NCBI GenBank assembly: GCA_028023455.1
Contig: JAQFVV010000004.1
Span: 6,820,001 to 6,884,000 of the forward strand
Direction: 5' to 3'
DNA: 64,000 nt
Source: Epiperipatus broadwayi
Taxonomy: Eukaryota; Animalia; Onychophora
Position 1 is the stretch's first letter; each line of letters starts with the position of its first letter. The position numbers were made by a program, and so were the translations under genes. The notes below the pieces were generated by a model. That model ran no database searches, was not told the origin of the DNA, and saw only the letters and a program-made list of their open reading frames with translations. Below are positions 1 to 12,420 of the stretch, piece by piece.

Positions 1-364
1 GACATTACTTTTTTGCTTGACAGGTATGACATCCTTAGAATTATTAACTAATTTATTAATATTGTTTGGAACATAGAACGAAACATTAAATACATTCTTA
101 TATAAATCCTTAAAAAATTTTACTTGTGGATTTGAAATAAATGGAATAGATATCCATTTTTTATTATTAATCTTCATTTCTTTTAAATTATAATAATTTT
201 TTTTAAATTGACTTAAAGTATTGTTTATTTGTTCCATTTTATAACCAACATCAAGCAATTCCTTCTGCGGATTTAAAGATTGTTTGTAAACCGTTAAAAA
301 TATTATTTCAATTATATATATATATATACTACATGTACTGTATTGCTCAAGATTTTAAATAAAA

Positions 365-1743
365 AAGTCAATCATGCAATTAAATATATAAAGAAGGGAA
401 AAGTTCTGGAAATGATGGAATTATAATTAATATCTTAAAAGAAGGACATGAAAAAATAGAATTTTTTTTGGCAAAGTTATATACCAAATGTCTAAATAAT
501 AAAAAATGTACCAGATGATTGGAAAAATGCAGTATTAATATTTAAAAAAGTGACAAAGAAGATATTTGAAATCACAAAATTTTTACCAAGATAATTACAA
601 TTCATTTACAGAGAATTTTGGAATTAACCAACCAAAAGCTCAAGCTGGATTTAAAAGTGGTTTTAATACATTGGATCATATCCAAGTATTGAGAAAAGAT
701 ATAAAAAGGACCACTGAATATGAGTTGCCATTATGCTTTGGATTTATAGATTAAGAAAAGGTATTTAATTCTATAAGCATTTCTTTAGTGATTAAAGCAT
801 TGGATCATCAAAGTATAGACCCAGAATATTGTCATATTATGAAGAATATTTACAAAAGTGCAAGAGTTATGTTAGGGTGACACCATATCTTTATAGCAAT
901 GTTGCAGGAAGTATTTTGTTGGTTAAATTGAAAAGATAAAAAAAATAAAAATGGAGATTATTTTAAGTCATCTAGATTTTGCCAATGGTCTAGTTGTTTT
1001 TGCAAATAATACTTTCTAGCTTTAGGAAATGTTACAAGAGTTACCAGATGAAAGCAGAAAAGAAGGACTAATGGTCAATGTTAAAAAGACTAAAGTAATG
1101 TCCAATGGATTTTCTCAAAAGATGAAAATAAAGATTGATAATGATGTTAGAAGAAGATAACAACTACAAGTACCTTGGTCAGATTATTACTACAGATGGA
1201 AACATAATGGATGAAATTAATCATAGAGTTAATCTTGGTTGGAGTGCTTTTAGTAATAATAACAATATTAAAAGGAAATATGTATGTGATTGAAAAGGAA
1301 GGTTTTTAATAAATGTGTGGGTATCAGTTTTGCTTAGCTCTGAGACTTGAATACTTAACCAAAGAGCAATACAGTGACTTCAGACCACTCAGTAGAATAT
1401 GGAGGAATGTATGTTAACAGTAACAAGGAGAAATCAAAAATAAAATACACTGATGAGAGAACAAACAGGTGATATTGATATTATTGAAAAAAATTAAAGA
1501 ACTTAAATGGAATATGGTTGAACATATTTTCTAGAAGAGATGATAATAGATGGACAGTTGAAATCTTAAACTGGATTCCAAGAGATTATAAAAATTTAGA
1601 TCACAAATCAGACAGGTGGATGAAATAAGGAAGTTTGCTGAAGTGATGTTAAGAAGAGAGACTAGATTGGAGAAAGATGGATTGAACTTGGAGAAACCTT
1701 TATCCTGTAGTGTATTAATAATGGCCAAAAATGATGATGATGA
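365..1743 (+). mobile_element. RTE-type LINE, 5'-truncated and decayed (RT domain to 3' end)
   Basis: ORF 566-754 reads QPKAQAGFKSGFNTLDHIQVLR..EYELPLCFGFID, typical of RTE reverse transcriptase. Downstream frames give YKYLG-like and WIPR..RW motifs with stops and frameshifts. Ends in a (GAT)n tail at ~1733-1743. Confidence 0.9.
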
Positions 1744-2539
1744 TACTTAGTAATAATACTAATTACTTTATCACATGAAAAATATATTTAAAATAAAAGA
1801 TTAAAAATTGATTATTCAGTAGTATAACTGATCATAAAAAGTTAAATTTTTAGTGATACTACTGTTGATAACTCATCCATTACTATTTCTTTTAAATGAT
1901 GTGTAAATATAGAAGCTATGGAAACAGCTACATATTGTGTTAATTATTTTATTCTACTAATGTGAGCAATCAGGGGTACAGCTAGTTATTATGTAATTCA
2001 ATGTAGAACTCCTATACATATTACATGATGTCATATCATTTTATAGTGCCATCTTTTACTCTTATTGCTAAAATAACTTTCCTAGATGTTGTTTTATACT
2101 TTTGAAACTTTAATTCTTTGTCTAATTTCCTTGTCAATTCAGTTTTTATTATTATTATTCATTCTTTTCATATAATTTTATAAAATTTCAGCTATTCAGT
2201 TTTTCTTAATAGGTCATTTTAAAATGTTTATATCCCTCCTTTTATTCATAAATTCCCTTGTCTCAACCAAAGATTTACTTGTAATATGCACCTTCTATCC
2301 TTCTCACAGTTATTATTTCAATAACATGTATCTTCTTATAGATCTCAATTAAGTTTGAACCATATTCTAGCATTCATTAGTGTTTCCAATGGTAAAAATA
2401 TTAACCATTATTGTTGCCTTTTTTAATAGTTTTTATCTCTCTAATTTTGCATTAACATGTATTTTATATCTCGCTAATCAATAATTATTTTCATTTAGTC
2501 AAAATATAATCCAATTTTAATAATACGCTGATGCATTGC

Positions 2540-3250
2540 AATGAAACTTTTTTATATAACAATATATGTAGGTTTAGCGCTTTCAGAGTTTTGTTACTCC
2601 GTAATCATAGTCTCTTTAAATTATCAACATCATTATATGCAAATGTATGCAAAACTATTTTTTATATTATCCATTTTCTGGAAATGGCAAAATAAGTGTT
2701 TTTCTATTTATTGATTTAATGTCACTGGTAATAAAACAAGCTTCCTTGATTTTTCTCTTGATGTCATTCCTCTCTGTGCATAATATATCAACCTTGGAGG
2801 ATTCAGATCTGTGATTGAGCTCTTGCTGATAGTCAGTAAAAATGGAATTGCTTTCTTTTTTGGTTATTGCTCAAGTATATGTGTATTTATGTTGAGCTAA
2901 TCTATTTCCAATTGTGGCATGAGTCTCACACTAATAAACAGCACCACACCCTGACTGAGGGCACACAATTCTATATACTACCTGGGGAGTTGCTTCAATG
3001 TTTCTTTTATCTTTAATATTATTAATGAGCCTATTGATGTTTGGAGGGATTCTAAATCCTAGTTTAAATTCTTTATGTAAAGTTTTACTAAAGTTTTTTT
3101 GCTACTGCAGATATATATGGTACAGTCAGATGTTGTCTATCTTTTTTTTTATTTTGCTGAAGTCTTTTATGAATGCCTTCAATCCTGTTGACTATTGTTC
3201 TGTAATTAAAATCCATGCTTATTAAATCTCTGATGTAGCTGGTGATGTTG
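2540..3250 (-). mobile_element. Penelope-like element (PLE) 3' relic: RT thumb plus GIY-YIG endonuclease pseudogene
   Basis: Manual minus-strand translation: TVPYIS...TPQVVYRIVCPQSGCGAVY*CETHATIGNRLAQHK...LNHRSESSKVDILCTERNDIKRKIKEACFITSDIKSINR. This matches the PLE pattern VVY.I.C..C...YIGET....RL..H...KRKIKEA..I...NR, with in-frame stops. Not in the ORF track. Confidence 0.85.
2567..2613 (-). ncRNA. Degenerate hammerhead-like motif just downstream of the PLE GIY-YIG ORF
   Basis: Minus strand CTATGATTAC-GGAGT-AACAAA-ACTCT-GAAA-GCGC-TA: helix II, GAAA and a palindromic mini helix III are present; the CUGANGA core and helix I are mutated. Confidence 0.45.
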
Positions 3251-3289
3251 TTTTTCTTATCTGACTCTAATTTGCATAGATGGCGATTA

Positions 3290-3900
3290 CGAAATAAGAA
3301 GGCAGATAACCCAATTTTACCATAGTTTCATTTGCATAAATCAATGTCTTTTTGTTTAAAAATTTTCTCAAAGAATGTACAAATATTATTATTTTTTTTT
3401 TGAAATTCCACAAGTCTGTGTCTTATTTTATTTCTATCATTATAAACAAATTTATGCATTGCACTTTCATCTTTCAATTATTTCCAATTCCAGTCTCTTC
3501 CATGACAATTTTAAAATGTTTGGTGGAATAAAACATTTTGAACAATTACATAAAAATGCTTTATTATTTCATCACAATGAGAATTTGAAGAGAAATAAAC
3601 TTCAGTTATGTGCGTTTGGTATTTTCCATTAAGTTATATAACCAACCATGTTATTCTGAGTAATATACCGTCAATCATCACAGGGTTGTTTTTCCATTTT
3701 TATAGCCTCTACCTTTTTTTTTCTAACTTCACAAAGCCCAACAATGTCTCATTTAATATTAGACACCATCACTTGAAAGTGAACCATAGTTGTAAGTAGT
3801 CAAATAAAAAGTTGTCAGTAAATGGCAATTCACAATCAGGAAATATATTTTCTCTTCAGTTACCAATCACTACTTTAGCTGGTGATTTTACCATCCCCTG
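3290..3900 (-). mobile_element. RTE-type LINE apurinic endonuclease (APE) fragment, decayed
   Basis: Minus strand NIK*DIVGLCEVRKK (~3710-3760), HFKIVM..ETGIG and RLVEF..N motifs typical of RTE APE domains. Confidence 0.7.
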
Positions 3901-6283
3901 AAAATCAGTGCTATAATTTAGTTTTGTCATGATTATAAATATCTAAAACAATATCACTCACTGACACATTAAATCTTGCCTTCAGGAACCTTAACGGATA
4001 TTTCAATTAAAAACTTATCAAACACAACTGCAAAAAAGACTATGTTGTTCCTTGGTTTTAAACTCAGCTGATAAACTCATCACATGGCTGCTACATCTTG
4101 GTGAGCAGTATACCTATGTTTGTGTATCATATGAGTTACCACATAATAATAACAGCTGCAATGACAAAAATATGAAGAATAAACATTAGGAATTTGGGTT
4201 GCTCGATTCCTTTAAATCCTCAAAGAGGAATCAAATGACCTCCTTTCACTGTACAAGAAAATCTTTTCTGCAGCCAAGATATACAATGTATGTGGTCATG
4301 TGCATCAGTTGTATAAGATGGAGTGGATGATTGAAAGGAGCTAATAATATATATTCATGATTACTGTTTTAAACTGTTATCTATATTATTTTCAATAATT
4401 AGCACAGCATATACAGATACTGAACTGCCTTCAGATCCATAACTATACAAGCAAATTGGTTTACATTTAAAACATTTATGTTTTTTTAATTTTCAGCTTA
4501 TGGCTTGATAATTAAAAAGAGAAGTAAATAAGGGCTGCAAGAGAGAAACAGCATTGGATCCTAAAGAGTCAAGGGTACTGTTCCAAGATCTGAAGCAGTT
4601 CACTAATGGAAGTTTGAAGCATTGAATGAGATACTATTAGATAGGAATTTGTTAAGTATTATCAATTGGATCTTTTAATTACTAAAGGAGGTGACAGAAG
4701 TGTTAAAAAATTGCTACTGAAACAGCAATGTGTAAGCTGAAGTCCAGCTTTGAACCTTCTTTACCTTTTCACATTCTTACTTGTTTTTTCTTTTTTGTAG
4801 ATTTATAAATACTGCAAATTAATTTTAATTCTGAAGAAAAAATAATACCAGGTTCTGATAAGAATATCTAATATGTGAACCTGCTTCCTGGATTATATTT
4901 TTTAAAAAAAATATGAATTGCATATTTCAAAATTATGCTTCCCTTTATTACTAGCAAAAATATTCATGTTTGTGTTGAGATTCTAATACCAAAAACTTCT
5001 GAAAAACTATGCCAGTATCTGGTATAATGTTAATACTATATAAACTTAAAATACTTTAACATTAATGATCACAGGATAAACTCACAAAAGTGATCAATAA
5101 AATAAAAACAATCAGAAAGGTTCTATTTAGTAAAAATATGTAAAAGATCCAGAAATTAATTAACGGATAAAGTCTAAAAATGTCAGGATTTTAATCACGT
5201 GACTAATAATTTCAAGAAAAACTAAGTATAGAGTGCCCAATAGCTTCAGCTAAGACATAAAACAATCAGATACTGAGTTATCTGGTAAACATTAAACAAA
5301 GTCTCAAATGCATATAAAAGACTAACTTGATTCCTTGGTATCATTATTCTTTGTGATGAACAACGTTTAAAAAATGCATCCAATAAAAGAATGACAGGAT
5401 AAACATCTCTACATTCAACAAAATCAATACCTCATTCATCAATACATCATTCATCATCTTCAATTTCCAAAACATGTTATATATAAGTGTCTTTCTAGAT
5501 ATCATTATGAGATTTATAACAAAACAATATTTTGAATTGTTTCTGCAATCAAATTTTTGTCATCTTTGCTTATGATGAGAATACTCTATGGCCAGTTGTC
5601 ATGGTGTTCTTCATGAAGGGTAGGTTTAAACTAGGTCCACTTTCCATATTTATTATTCTTTAACAGAATACATTTTTTATGTTATTTCTTAAGAAATAAA
5701 TCTTTAGGGTTTGACTTTGGCCTTGTCTACATAAATTGACCAAACTGCAAAATGGTTGTCTCCTGTGCAATTCATCATAACAAGAATATTTTCAATCTAA
5801 GTTTTATATTCTATCCTTTCACATTTCATGCTCTTAATTTTCAAAATAAGCTTAACTATAATACTATCCTCATATTGTTTTCCATGCATGATTTCATATT
5901 ATATCTATTAGATTCTTCAACACCATGTTTTAATTTATTAAAAATATCTGCTCTTATTTGAGACTTTTCCTAGATTTTGTATCAATCTGAATTTTCCCCG
6001 CAAATATTGTATTAGTTATGGTTTCTTCTAAAAATTCTACATTTAGTTTAATTTGTTCTACAATCTCTGTAAAAAATGTAGAATCTTCAATCATCATTAA
6101 GTCAAGCTGAGAGACTTCTTTAACTTCTAATACAATCTTAACATTTTTTGGACTTTTTCTATAATTTTCACATCAGACTGTAGTTTTCACACTTTTCTAA
6201 AATATATTATCCATCCTTTTCATAATTTTTTCCAGGAATTTTGGCAGTATTTTGCACATAATTTTAACAGCACTCGGATCACA

Positions 6284-8140
6284 GCTATGGCCTTTGTAGC
6301 TATAACGATGGTTATACTACAGTGCTGGAAAAAGATATGTTTAATAAAAACTTGGTGACTGACTTATATACATACTGCCACTTACAGGTATGAATGTCAC
6401 TTAAAAATTAAAAATGTAAATTGGCTAAATGTTAAACAAGAAAATAATTGATGCATATTATTAATATTATTAAATATTTACTTTGTGGTGTGTAAGAGAA
6501 CAATAAATTATAATGTAGAGCAAGAAAGAAAATGCTCAACATGTAAAAGAATTACTTTTTTTTTTTTAAATCTAAATTTGAACTCTTTTAAGTTTGTCTT
6601 TCCTGAACTGAGTTTTAAATAGCATTTCTCATATTTCAAAGTAAAACTGGATGGCAAAGCTAAAAATAAGATTAAAATTTTAGAATTAATAATATTTTAG
6701 AAGTTATAATTAAAAAGCAAAAGTCAGTAGCTAATTTTTCTTATGTTAACAAAAGGTAAATAAAAAATAAAAGAGATAAACTATTTTGTTCTCTTCTTCT
6801 TTTATTTATAATAAAACATATAATTAATGCATTAAAATTTCTATCCACAAAATGTTTTGGAGAGAGTAAAAGGGGATATTTTTCAAAAAAATATATCAAA
6901 GTAATGATGCAAATGTCATATATCCCTTAGCTAGTGACATATATGTTGTTTGAAGACTATGTTACTTGAACAATATCAATTTGGTATAAATAGGTCAGAA
7001 ACAAGCAGCTAAGCATTATTCTTATTACTAGCATTCAAATTCTATGAGTCCAGCAGTTCATTTAATATTGATTTGCATTAAAGTGCAGTCTATTATCAAA
7101 GCTGTGTTGCTGTAATCCATACGAAAGAGAGAGATGAGTATTAATTAAAACTCTTTTTCCACTGTAAGCCATATTTTACTGACTATTAAAGGATTTTTCA
7201 ATACTCGAGTTAAAAATCAGTATGATGAATTTATTTTTAAAAAAATCCATCTAGCAGGATTAGATAACCAAAAGCCCCACCAGTTAAAAATATCTGGAAA
7301 ATACAATCGGATTCAGGAATTAGCACTGAAATTTGAAAAACCAGTTCATGCAATGTCTCTATAAGGCCGTAAAGGAAGAAAAGAAGAAATGGATAATGCT
7401 GTATAAATGACTTAAGATTTACAGATATTATACCTCATAGAATGTCATCAATATTGGTGTATTTACTCTCCTTAACAACACCAGTGTTCAATGAGATCAT
7501 CATCGGAAATCTAAGGAAGACAATACTAAATTAGTAAAAGTATAGTACCTGAAAAAATCTTGGTCAGGGACTGTTTTTCTAGTTAATGTGATAAGATCTT
7601 ATCATTATCAATACTCTAAGACCTTAAACTTGAGCCATAGTTTAAACTTAAAATATCTTTTGTATTTTTGTGTATGTGTTGATAGTTGCGACTATATGCA
7701 CAACCATTTTATTTATTCACTATCAATACATTGTTAAATATATATTTTTTATTAACTCATTTAGTTTGTCTTTGTAACTCAATCCAAATATATACTTTTT
7801 ACATGCATATGCTAGTTAATAAACATAACCTTGGGAAATCATGTAATCCACTATGTTGGGATGATGGTAGTAATTGATGAGGATTGTTCCTTTAAAAACT
7901 TTTCCAAAAGTAAACTTTCTTTTAGGAGATTCAGTGCCTTTGAGTATCTTTTTATTGAAACTGAAAAACAAATAAAATACTTTTGGGGAGTACTTGTTTT
8001 TTAAAATTGCAAATCATCATCACCACATTGGTTAATATTATTGAATTAAATTTGTATTTTATTAACTATTCAATTTATTTTTTATTTGAACCAAAGTTTA
8101 TGGTACACATCTTGAAGATCTCATTCTGTATATTGTAACC
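6284..8140 (+). repeat. Left arm of a diverged ~1.8-kb inverted repeat
   Basis: Collinear reverse-complement match to ~16085-17820. Anchors include an exact match of about 50 nt (ctttttattgaaactg...ggggagtacttgt at ~7950-7997 vs ~16237-16284) and 6595-6665 vs 17456-17525. Confidence 0.9.
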
Positions 8141-8171
8141 TTATATTTAGCCCACAAAGGGCTAAATATAA
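8141..8171. repeat. Perfect 13-bp hairpin
   Basis: ttatatttagccc-acaaa-gggctaaatataa. Confidence 0.9.
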
Positions 8172-9410
8172 TAGATAGTACTTAAAAAAAAATTATAATC
8201 AAATAAATATAACCCTTTCATAAATAAACTTTACGATTTCTAAGCTATGTAAAATCTTAACTATGCACTCTAAAGTATTAATGAAATATCTGTTAAATGT
8301 ATTGGAATGATAATTACTAAAGAATATCAATTAATTGATTTAATAGTTGTTAAAGTCAGAATTTGATAAGTTAAACTTGGGTAAAAAATTAATTTAAAAT
8401 GTGCTATGTTTTGAGTTAATTGTAGTGGATAAAGTTTTTGTTTTGCTATCTGTTAAAATATTATTTATTAAGCTATGTTAAAAGGTATTTAAAATAATAG
8501 TTACTAAAACATCAGTTAATTCACGTAATATTTATTTGAAATTAGAATTTAATATGTTAAACTTAGATAAAGCTAGTTTGACATGGGTTTTATCTTAAAT
8601 GAATTTCAGCAAATAAATTTAGTTATGCCATCTATTTTTTAAATGATTAATTACTAATCTGCAGTAAATTTTCTAGTGTTGTAATCATGTCTAGTATAGG
8701 TGTATAAACATCTGTGTGTGTTAAAGAGAATCTTAAAATGAGTTGTTTAAAAGTGCTAATTATTTTAATATATATATATTATAAATGGTATTTTAAAATT
8801 AAATAGTGTAACAATAATCTCTTAAGAGCTCTTAAAAAGGTAAAAAGTATTCCTTTTAAATAAAGATAGTGCTTTAAATAAAATAAATGATTTTATTTGG
8901 TAATTAAATAGAGTTAATAAATTTTAGATAAGGTCTAGACATTATGAGTTTAAATCCATTTTTGGACTTCTTAATTAATAAAATGTCAAGGACAAATTTA
9001 TTTTATGCAACTGATTTAATAAAAAGTTAAAATTGTTAATCAATTTTAATAACTCCACCCCAATATTCACCCTTGCTTTAAAAATACCACGACAAACTTT
9101 AGTTTTCCTGATAAACACACACACATTTAAAAAGAAAAAAATGGATAAACCTACTTCTTAATTAATTATTATTCTTTTCTGTTCAATTTATGTAATAATT
9201 TTTTTAAGTTATTTGTTCAGCTTATTGTAACTACTTATTATTTTATCAGTTAAATGTGTGGCTAGAAGCCTCCAAAGTCATTTAAGCAAGTCTACATCAG
9301 CCTGTAGATGCTCACCTACCTATAAACAATATCTTATCTGAAAATACAAAAAGCTATAATGTTATGAAAAAAATTTCAGTGTTATAAATATGAAAATCTA
9401 CTAAAAACCA

Positions 9411-9698
9411 ATAAGATCACATGATCACTATTTCCTATACTTGCTCATAACTGTTGTTAAAATAGACAAAACTCTCTCCATACAATAGTGCCACTCAAAG
9501 CAAGACAGAGTAATCAATGAATGCCAGAAGGCTTGTGCATAAAATCCCTATCTAATACCTACTCATTACTCTGTCTTGCTTTGAGTGGCTATGAGTAGGC
9601 ACTAGATAGGGATTTTTATGCATAAGCCTTCTGGCATCCATTGATTACTCTGTCTTGCTTTGAGTGGTACTACTGTATGGAGAGAGTTTTGCCTATTT
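9411..9698 (-). mobile_element. Family A hairpin retroelement (tailed arm left, inverted arm right)
   Basis: Inverted arms ~9460-9565 and 9590-9698; ~49-nt unpaired 3' tail 9411-9459; candidate TSD taaaaacca (9402-9410, 9699-9707). Same sequence family as 18877, 19690, 20957, 33637 and 48676. Confidence 0.85.
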
Positions 9699-10195
9699 TA
9701 AAAACCACTAAACTGGAAAGTTATATATATATTTAATTTACCATATCTAGACTTTTAGCTAATTCTGAACTTTTATTATAAAACCATTTTATTAACACTT
9801 CATTATTTAATAACATAGTTATTAGTTATATAAGCTAATTACCAATACTAATGACATTGACTTCTATATTCTACTAAATGCCTTGAGAAGAAAAGTAATT
9901 TATGTGGACAATTTAATGACTGAAATAGAGATATTATTATACCAGGAATTATTTTTAAAAAAATTATATCTTATTTTTAAAAAAAAATTATATCTTCAAT
10001 TAGCAATAAATATGATTGCGAATGTAAAGGATAAAATAAAGTAGAGTCACTTTAAATTTCTTTATCTAATTATGATAAAGAAAGATGTTACCCAGATTGA
10101 TTTTCTTAATATTTTGGAAAAGACATTATATATCTGTATTACCTCCAACACAAATAAGATATCTTGGTAGTTGAATAATTCATTTATTGAAAGTA

Positions 10196-10745
10196 ATAAC
10201 TGAAACACAGGCTTGTTATATACCTGTGGCTATATATATATATGTAATATAGGGTATATGAGCACAGACTTTCTGTGCTCATATACCCTATATTACATAT
10301 ATATATATAGCCACAGGTATATAACAAGCCTGTGTTTCAGTTATTACATTATAGAGATGTCTGCCAATGGATTATGTCCTGTACATGTGGGGTTCAGATT
10401 GACCTTAGGTCAACATGGGTGTGACAATAATCTCGGCCTCAGGGTGGCCTTTGAGCATTCCATCATCAGATTTTCAATTGGATGGACGGTTGAAGAGTTG
10501 GAGTGGATTGAAGCCTGTCCATTAAATTATGAGGATAGTCTATCTTAATATATATCTGAGCACTTATACTATATATGTGTGTAAAGATGATAGTCTGGAC
10601 CAACTGATGATTGCTGGTTTAGCATGAAATACGTATATTGGTGATTATTTATCTTTTCAGCATATATGTGTTTAGGTGTATCAGTGTTATTAGATAGAGT
10701 GGAGAGAGGTGGGTGGTGTGAAAGTCTGTGCTCATATACCCTATA
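10196..10745 (+). mobile_element. Family B hammerhead retroelement (retrozyme-like), terminally redundant copy
   Basis: 12-bp TSD ttattgaaagta (10184-10195, 10746-10757); perfect palindrome ~10196-10345; ctgtgctcatataccctata repeated directly at 10273 and 10726 (453-nt period); contains a hammerhead. Confidence 0.92.
10586..10653 (+). ncRNA. Type I hammerhead ribozyme (family B)
   Basis: ACCAA-CTGATGA-tTGCT ggttt AGCAt-GAAA-TACGTA-TA/TTGGT. Helix I ACCAA:TTGGT extends through gatgatagtc:gattatttatc across a TGG bulge. Palindromic helix III; predicted cleavage after AUA (10637). Confidence 0.9.
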
Positions 10746-11175
10746 TTATTGAAAGTATATTTTATTGTTCTGCAGAAAGAAAAAAATAATTTGAATTGTG
10801 TGTCTAAATCTTTCCAAAATATATTGTGAAACTGTTTGTTACCTGTTTATTCTTAATTTTGCTGTACCTACCCATTACTCTTCTTTATTTAAAAATTTAA
10901 ATTTGCAAAAATTTTTAAAAAAATTCCTACTCTCAAATATTTGTTCACCCGTTTTCTCTACATTTAATAAAAGAAAAACTGTGCTATATTTAGCTGAATA
11001 GAAAAACAGAAGAACTCTTAAGTTAAGAGAGTTATTTTCATTTTAAATAATGTAAGAACTTTTAATCCTCAACTTATTTGAAGGGATAAAACAAATGTAA
11101 TGTATATTTATTGTTTTATAAAATTGATATGTTTATTATTATTGGTATTACCACAATTATATTATTATGCAGTTC

Positions 11176-11275
11176 TAATTATTATTATATGCAGTGAATT
11201 ATAAGGTATATTTATAATAATGCCTCTTTTAATTATTATTATATGCAGTGAATTATAAGGTATATTTATAATAAT
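11176..11275. repeat. Local tandem duplication, 54-bp period
   Basis: taattattattatatgcagtgaattataaggtatatttataataat at 11176 and 11230. Confidence 0.9.
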
Positions 11276-12420
11276 ATCTATGTTACAATGCGATTTAGTG
11301 AGATTAAATTTCCAGGTAAAAGGTTTTCAATTATAAATTAAGATTTCTCAGAATTTATATCTAGATATAATGAAAAGTGTATTATTGTGCACAGAGTAAA
11401 ATAAATTTTATATATTTGATATGAGGATGAATGGACTGCTTTGGAAGCCAGTGTGTGAGTTGAGATAGCTTTTAAAATTCTTCATATTTAATATTGCTTT
11501 GCAATTATAGTGTGTTGGTTTGCATATATTTTTAGACCAAGTATATGTGTTATTGTTATTATGTATAAGAGTATGTGTGTGAGTTATCTTTCCATTTATT
11601 ATTAACAAATTCATGCTTTATTCATTTATCGATTGACATGCTGTCAATGACAGGTATTAATTTTGGCATATATGTGGAAGATTGTTGTTGCTATTGTATT
11701 TGTTAAGCCCCTCCATGAGAGAGAATGTGACTTATTTGCTTTGGCACTGCCAGGTCAAGTAACAAGGTGCCCATTTATCTATTTACTGCCATCCATTTTG
11801 CCATTAGCTTTATGTTAATTGTGTGTATTTTTAATATGTGAGAACATTTAAAGCATACATATCTATGTAATTGTTTTTATTAGCTATACTAAAAGTTATT
11901 TTAGAGGTGTTAATTTAATTATTAGTATTGAGTTTTTTTGTTACTCTGCCTCTTATATGCATTAATAAATTTAAACCTATATCATTATTTTGTATTATAT
12001 TCAGCTACCTTTGCAGTGTCATTAGAATTACATTTCCACACTGATTTTTAAATGTCGCTGATATTGTAGTTTTAATATCATCTTAAGTGGTCTTTATATT
12101 TTAAAAATATATTTATTGACATAATAAAATTGTACAGATGAATAATAAATGCACTTTGTTAATGTTGGCTCATCCATTGCTGGCATTGGTCTGGAAGATG
12201 TATACCAGAGCCATTCTCTGCACTAGCAGGTTGATAAATGAGTACATACATTCCATTTTGTTGATATTGACCACCCCTTTTGAGATTGGCCCAATAATGC
12301 TAACTTATCAGCTGGGATACATGTAGTGTGAAATCAATGTCTCTCTAGTAGAATCCGGCATGTTGCATCAGACTACTTCAGTTACGATACACTAAAATGT
12401 GGATATATCAGGTCCAATAT

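Noticed and set aside
10400-10482. Antisense-polarity hammerhead in family B (minus-strand CTGATGA at ~10463-10469), which would suggest viroid-like symmetric replication
   Set aside because: No GAAA follows a closable helix II (only GGCC..GGCC-GAGA far downstream), and no helix I or III pairing was found.
10213-10548. 111-aa ORF and similar ORFs at 30752, 32234 and 43100 as a small protein family
   Set aside because: They overlap family B repeats, differ in strand and frame between copies and are not conserved as ORFs.
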